Shown here one piece after another: positions 57,879 through 64,000 of a stretch of 64,000 bases of DNA; the first letter of the stretch is position 1; every line of letters starts with the position of its first letter. A program made the position numbers and the translations under genes. Source of the stretch: Hyaloraphidium curvatum SAG 235-1. Lineage: Eukaryota; Fungi; Monoblepharomycota. A model generated the notes under the pieces. It was not told the DNA's origin and ran no database searches. It saw only the letters and a program-made list of their open reading frames with translations. The stretch lies in contig JAIVFI010000037.1 in assembly GCA_025558095.1 (NCBI GenBank), positions 372,001 through 436,000 of the forward strand, written 5' to 3'.

Positions 57879-59801
57879 ATGGCCACCTCCGCCTGCCTCG
57901 ACGTGCTCTCCAACATCTTCGTCGACAACGCGCTCGACCTGCCGACGCAATACGCCGCGCGCATGGTCAACCGACAATGGGGCACTGCAGCTGCCCACGC
58001 TATCGTGCGGCGGGCGAAGTATCTGCTCCGGGAGGACATGCCGGGGCAGGAATGGTCGCCCTCTCCGACGGCCGCGTCGGCCTCCCGCCCGCAGCGCTCG
58101 GCCGGCTCCTGGGCCTGGCCGGGATCAGACCCAACGAGGTCTCCGCCTTCGACGTGCTCGTCTCCTTCCGCGGGGAAGACCAGGGCCGGCTACTGCGCGG
58201 CTGGAAGGCGACGCGGCCGGAGCTGCAGAAACTGCTGCCCCGAATCCATGCCGAGCTGGTGAAGCAACGCGAGGACGAGGGCCGCTCGGATGACGGCAGC
58301 GAGGAGGGCGCGTCGGATCATGACGATGCCTTGGACCAATTCGAGTCCCTCCTCGCCGCCGTGGCTGGCTGCGGTCTCTCCCCGGATCTCGCATCCCGCG
58401 CCGTCCTCGCCTCCTCCCTCCCCGTCTACCTCAAGGTCAAGCTGGTATGCCGCCTCCTCTCGCAGGATCCTGCCGGATGGGAGGCCACCCGCGTGGCCTT
58501 CGAGATCGGATCGCAGCTGCGTGCGGCAGGCTGCCCGGGTCTGCCCGCGGACGCGGCCGGGTTCGCAGGAGCCTTCCTCAGCGAGCTGCAGTTCGATCCC
58601 GACCACCTCGCCGCTGTGTTCGCCGGAGTTCCTCAGCTGGACTGGAGCGCCAGGGGCCGCGTGGCGGGGGAGCTTGCGTTCTCGGCCGGCTGGCCCGCGC
58701 GCGCGGCGTTGCTCGCGGGTGTCCTGCGCGGGCTGTTCCTGGAGCACTGCCCCGGCGCAGGAACCAGGGATGCGAGGGCGTTCTGGATGGGGTTCGGCCC
58801 CGTGGATCATCGCAGCTTTCACGATGGCGCCCTGTTCTTCGACCCCGAGCCGTGGCCGGCGGACGCGCGGCTGCAGGCGGCGGACTTCCTCGGATCCGAA
58901 CTCGACGAGCCCTTTTTCGAGCAGCGGCTGCTCCGCACCTTGCTGCACCGCGACAGCCTCGACGCCGCCCGGTTCGCGCGCTTTGTGCACTCCTGCCCCG
59001 CCGGCACGCAGGATGCCTTCCGCGCCTGCGTAGTCGATTTGCTGGTGGCCGTCGCTGCCTACCCGGCCTGCCTCGAAGAGCATGGCCGCAGGATCCGGGA
59101 TCTCGTCGCCGCCTTTGCCTCCCTCGACCGTGCGATTCCCGTCGAGCTCGCTGGCCGCGCTGTGCGGACCATCGCGACGGAGGACACGCTCCGGATCCGG
59201 TGCCTTGCCCAGGGCTTGGGGGAGCTCAACCGGATTCGGGGCGAAACCCCCGCATCGGATGCGGTGCATCACGTGCTCTCCCTTGCCCTCGGCGACACAG
59301 GGGACCGCTCGCTTCCCTTTGACCGTGCCGCCACGCTGCTTGTCTCGCACTGCGCATTGGGCCTGTTCCACCACCGCGCCTCGCAGGTCCTCCTCGTGCT
59401 CCTGGACGCATGCACGGCCGGCCGCACCCGCGCGGAGCTCCTCGGGCCCCTTGCTTCGGCGATCGGCGCGCAGCCCGGCGCCGCATCCGCGCGCAGCTCT
59501 GTTCGGTTTCGTCCACGGCGCTACCCGCACCCCCGCTACCGTTGCTGCCGCGGGCTTCCCCGCAGGCGCCGCCTTCGACGGGGCAGGCGACATGCTGCGC
59601 TGCCCCGTCTCCCGGGGGGACCTGCTCTTCTTCCTCGCCGGGTTCGCCCGCGCGCTCGGGGCGGCGGTCGACATGCGTGCGGCGGGGGATGCGCTACTCG
59701 GGAAGGGTTGGGAGGTGGCGGCGGACTCGGAGCCGGAGGGTTGGCAGAAGGCGCGGCTGCTCGGTGCGTGGGTGCCGGTGGCAGGTACCTTTCGCCGGTG
59801 A
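57879..59801 (+). CDS. Hypothetical helical protein with an F-box-like start; apparent frameshifts near 58045 and 59500
   Basis: LDVLSNIF...ARMVNRQW; the coding-like frame switches twice. Confidence 0.5.
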
Positions 59802-59982
59802 TGGTGGGAGGGGAGGAAAGGACGTGTGATGGTATCGCCAGAGGCGTTGGCGCGTGCAAGGCATACAAAAATTCCGTGTTCCAGACTTCTAGAAGACGTA
59901 AGTGTCATTTGTACACTATTTTAGAGCCTCGCCTTGACGCTGTTCTGCCCCGCCATTGCCGCCTCTCACCCTCTGACGCCAG

Positions 59983-60125
59983 ATCCTCCCTCAGCAGCCA
60001 CGTGTACCCCTCCGGATGGTTCGTCAAGGAGGAGGTGGCGTACCTGATGGCCTACCTGGCGTTGGACGAGAGCAGCATCACGACGGGGTCGGAGCACTTC
60101 CTCGACGGGGGTTTCTTGGTGCGTC
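59983..60125 (+). pseudogene. Orphan C-terminal exon of a classical SDR
   Basis: EEVAYLMAYLALDESSITTGSEHFLDGG after a CTGAC..CAG acceptor; no upstream SDR exons seen. Confidence 0.65.
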
Positions 60126-60368
60126 GGCGCTCGCAGTACGGAGTTATTGCTCACGGATTGCGAAGTCGGTTGCAGAGTACGGCGCAAACCCGTTCAAGAT
60201 CTAAGTCGGGTCAGGGGCATGGGACGATTATAGGTGCTCCGTTGGGAAAAGCCTCTCTATGGCTTCAGGGGTTGGCAGAAAGGCCCCGTCAGGCACTGCG
60301 CCGCCGTCCGTCCGGTTTGGGCGCCGCCTTCATCGCCGTCCGCCTCCCCTCCCGTGCCACCGCGGAGC

Positions 60369-60971
60369 CTACAGCCTCGCTTCGACGCGCCCGCCCGCCG
60401 CGCCGTCAAGCGCCGCCAGCACCTCCTCGAAGGGCGCAAAAGGCCCGGCCAGGTCCTCGGACCAGCCGTACACCGCCTTGCCGGTGCGGTCGAGGACCAG
60501 CACGCCGCCGACGGGGACGGTTTCGCCGCCGAAGGTCTGCAGCTTGGGCGCGCCGCCGCCGAGCGCCGAGTAGATTGCTGGGAGACGTTTCCCGGTCAGC
60601 CTTCCACGAGCCTCAAATTGGCGAAGCAACCACGAACCGAGATCGGCGTCCACGAACACCGCCCCCCCGAACGCCTCGGCGTACCGCGCCAGCCCTTTAG
60701 GGTCCCCCGCGTCGTCCGGGTGGACCACCGCCGCCATCCCGAACCCCCTGTCCCCCACCGCCCGCCTCAACCCCGCCCACATCCCCGCCTGCTCCCGGGC
60801 CACGTACCCGCACGGCTCGGTGGCCGCTACAAAGACGGCCGGGAGCGCCGAGGAGAGGGAGACGTGCGGGCCGCCGGCGGCCGGGATCAGCCGCGCCGAG
60901 GCGGGGAGGGCGGAGGGGGGCGGGGCCCAGGGGGCGGCGGGCTCAAGGAGGCAGGTGTCGACTCAGACCAT
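60369..60971 (-). pseudogene. Thioredoxin-fold (PRXL2/AhpC-TSA-like) protein; TGA at third codon
   Basis: VFVDADL|.IYSALG and GGVLVLDRTG...YGW; ATG GTC TGA followed by an open frame. Confidence 0.5.
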
Positions 60972-62042
60972 CTTCGAGTGGAATCGGAGGAGGTGTTCGC
61001 CCGGAGAACTTCCCCGAGGGCCGAGCAAGGGGTTTCGCGGGCACTTATGCTTCGTGCAGTGCGCCGATGCGCCTGAAACAGTCCGCCCCAACAGCAGACG
61101 GTGCCACGCCGTTACGCCGGCGTCGACTAGGGGGAGATCCGCAAACTCCCAGGAGCAGGGGAACGTACCGGCGCGCCTCGGCAGCCCGACCTCGGCGGCG
61201 GCGACCCCGTAGACCAAGACCCCAGACCCGGACCACGCGAGAGGGTACTAACCTGTTGAGCGTTGCCGTTGTTCATGGTTGGCGCGGCGTTGGTGAAGGG
61301 CGACGAGGAAGGAGTGGAAAGGAGGAAACAGGTGAGTGGGGTTGTTGACGGGCGTTGGGGGTCGGCGGGGCCGCTGCGGCCTGGAGGTCGGGTCTCGCGG
61401 GCGTGTTCTTGAAGGCGGCGAGCGGGCCGGCGCTGGCGGGCTGTAGGGCGGGAGGGATTTGCGTGTGGGGCGGCGAGCGGGAGGGAGCGGCCGCGATCGG
61501 CTGACGCGGCGTCCGGGGCAAATGCCCGAGATCGATCAAAGCCTACAAAATAACGTCGAGCATAGCCTTTTCGGGATAGATTGCGGTCCTGACGTGCATG
61601 CGGCAAGGGGTCTCGGGGAGACTGGGACCGCGGGACCGTGAGGCGTTGGTTACGCGGCGGTCAGCGTCACCGGGGGAGAGAATAGCGGTCTGGAGCAAGC
61701 ATAGTAGATGATGGCAGACGAGTGGAGTGGAGCCGACGGGCGGAGAGTGTGGATGCGCGGAAGAGCGTGGCGCAAGGCTAGGAGGAGCAACAGGTCGGAC
61801 GAGCGTGGACCATCGAGTGAGCGCGGCGGGACCTCTAGGCGGCGCACGATAGATTGAGCACATGTAGTAGTAGCGCATAGAGCAGGAGGAACATTGGCGA
61901 GGCGAGCAGTTATTGAGCACGTGCGCAGAGAGTTTTTGAGCACACCGGCCTGGTGGGCGGGAGAGGCGAGGGTCCCACCCACCAGGCCGGTGGGGGGGAC
62001 CCTGCGCTCTCCCGATCACGGGCGTGGCGGCGGGTGGGGTCG

Positions 62043-62591
62043 CTAAGCGCGCGCGGCGGCGTTGAGCAAGTCACGGAGCGATCGGCGGGTGCGAGCACGA
62101 GCGAAGAAGCCGAGGAGTGCAGCGCCTGCGGGGATCTGACGCCACAGGCGATCGTGGGCGCGCAGGATAAGAGCAACAGGGTAGGAGCTTGCCACAACGT
62201 AGTGCTTGGCGTAGCGGACGAGCGCAGCAACGAGGTCGTCGCGACGCGTTGAGCGATGGTGGATCGCGAGGAACCGAGCTATTACCACGTGGAGGAAAAG
62301 CGAGTGGGGGTATGGGTTGTCGAAATCCGGCAGAGCGTTGACTGGGAAGGCAAAGAGGTCGCGCTTGTTGAAGTGCCGTGAGTGGACCCGGAGGTCAGGC
62401 GCAATCCACACCGTGCAGTCCAGGTAGTTCGAGAGGACGTCGGAAGAGTTGCTGCGCTCGAGGTCGAGGCCGATTTCGCGGAAGTACGGCGCGACGATAG
62501 CCATGAAGTCATCGCGGCGGAAGCCGAAGACGTTGATGTCATCCATGAGGCGCTTCCAGGCGTGCGAGAGGCGGGGAAAGGAGCCGAACAT
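62043..62591 (-). CDS. Hypothetical protein
   Basis: 182-aa ORF with protein-like composition; no confident motif. Confidence 0.45.
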   Translation of the reverse strand: MFGSFPRLSHAWKRLMDDINVFGFRRDDFMAIVAPYFREIGLDLERSNSSDVLSNYLDCTVWIAPDLRVHSRHFNKRDLFAFPVNALPDFDNPYPHSLFLHVVIARFLAIHHRSTRRDDLVAALVRYAKHYVVASSYPVALILRAHDRLWRQIPAGAALLGFFARARTRRSLRDLLNAAARA

Positions 62592-62878
62592 CGGGGAACT
62601 TCTTCGGCATCGGCAAAGCCGCCCATTTTCTGATAGTGCGCGCTAAGCAGGCGTTCAACGCCGTTTAACGCTTGAACGGTCAGTGAAGCCTCTGTGGATG
62701 TGGAGACTGTCTCACCTTCGCCGCCGGCGCACCTGTACAGATCATCGAGGGGCGCCGTAGGGAAGTCGAGATGAGTGCTGTGGAGTGAGTTCGGATTCGT
62801 GTTCCTAGACCATGCCTTGAAGCGGCCATATCAACATTCAATATCGATCGTGGTGAAAAGTGCAAAAGAATGTTACAA

Positions 62879-63810
62879 TCAAAGCTCAGAAGACGAATCC
62901 GACCCCTCGGTATCGTCCCTCCCGCCCAGCTCCCCCCTCCTCTGCCTCGTCCTCGGCCCCTCCCCCGCAACCCACGCAAACAGCCCCGGGAACTTGCCCT
63001 TAAAATGCCCCACGAACCCCCCGGCCTCCTCCCGCGGGATCATCTTCCCCTCCTCGCCCATCCAAGCCCTTCCGGCGCGCTGGTTCCACTCCCGCGCCAC
63101 GTGCACCACCGCCAGCCTGCTGGGCTGGCCCGTTTCGACGATGCGCCGGGCGTTGGCGAGCGAGCGTGGGGCGGGGGGGTGGGAGAAGTGCGAGGCGAGG
63201 GAGGCGTCGAGCGCCTCGAGGGGGTCGATCGATTCGTCCGAGGTGGGGGAGGGGGGGAGGGAGTGCGTGGAGAGGGGAGTGGAGGAGGAGGTGGTGCTTG
63301 AGGGGGTCGAGTTGCGGCGGCGGGCGGGGCGGGGAGGGGGCTTTTGGATGGGGAGGGCGGACTGGTGGGGAACGGGGATCGGTGACGCATCCTGGCGGGA
63401 AGCCGGCTCGGGGACTCACCTTCTTGGCCTTTCCGAGGCCAATCGGAGGTGCACTATTGGTTTTCTTGGCGGGTGTCGCACGTCGCTTCGTCACCTTGGG
63501 TGCCGGCGGCGTCTTCTTTGCCGCCGGACCAGGCCGTTTAGACGTGGCGACGGTCGGCCCTTCGTCCTTCCACTCCTTCCCCTTCCTCGCAGCAGCGGCC
63601 GGCGCGTCCGACTTGGCCGCCTTCGCGAGCACCCGCCGCGCCTCCTCCTCGGCGAGCTGCGTGAGCACCTCCAGCTCCGACGGGGCAAGGTTCGCGTATC
63701 CTCCCTCGAGCACGAAGCGCGCGAAGCGGTGCGTGTCGATGCTGCGGAACTTGAAATTAGGGTTGTCGGAGGTGGACTACAAGCGAAACGTACATCTGCT
63801 GGCCGTTCAT
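62879..63810 (-). CDS. Uncharacterised family X protein, two introns
   Basis: MNGQQI|IDTHRFARFVLEGG...; Lys/Pro-rich linker; VVHVAREWN...MIPREEAGGFVGHFKGKFPGLF. Confidence 0.65.
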
Positions 63811-64000
63811 GGCGCGGGGAACGTAGCGTGGGAATCGATTCGCAGCATGCGGATCGGTGACGGAGCGATCGGTGATTCCTCTTCCATCATCTCCTCGCGG
63901 AAAGCGGCCGCCCCCGAACGCGAACCAGAGCTGTTCTAAGCAAATTCGAGCAATTCGCGCCGCGATTTCTTTCCATTCAGCATGCCCGACGATGCAGTTG

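Noticed and set aside
57107-60700. 1197-aa ORF as one giant protein
   Set aside because: High-GC run-through: antisense to one gene, then the middle of the 57879 gene, then the SDR relic, then antisense to the PRXL2-like gene.
62043-62591. HNH endonuclease or transposase
   Set aside because: Only a weak P.P..L.LH..IAR.L resemblance; no HNH or DDE catalytic motif visible.
1-64000. Bacterial origin or operons, suggested by high GC and bacterial-like enzymes
   Set aside because: Spliceosomal introns throughout, plus importin, F-box, MYND and Zn2Cys6 genes.

Overview
High-GC, gene-dense eukaryotic DNA with many short (about 50-60 nt) GT..AG introns carrying CTGAC/CTAAC-type branch sites. It is most consistent with an early-diverging (zoosporic, chytrid- or monoblepharid-like) fungus; this taxon call is inference. 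Recognisable genes include a Sis1-type DnaJ, an importin-13/Kap122-like karyopherin, a Baeyer-Villiger monooxygenase, a FOXRED1-like oxidoreductase, a sterol desaturase/FA hydroxylase, two SDRs, a GST, and Dabb, ABM, MYND, C2 and F-box proteins. The most unusual features are: (1) a hydroxypyruvate isomerase gene split into halves about 16.7 kb apart (2695-2820 and about 19520-20167), with butt-joined fragments of unrelated genes at both ends of the intervening island; (2) inside that island, an unrecognised ~75-aa helical domain present as two stand-alone mini-genes and as five tandem copies on an atypical Zn2Cys6 protein; (3) four copies or fragments of a 7-TM family whose layout matches insect OR/GR-like (GRL/DUF3537) ion channels, one of which appears to have captured the importin promoter and start codon through a local duplication; (4) a three-member family of uncharacterised, probably nuclear proteins. 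Many accessory genes carry single indels or stops, so sequencing or assembly error cannot be excluded. No tRNA, rRNA, CRISPR array or transposase was recognised. All homology calls are from motif recognition by eye, without database searches.
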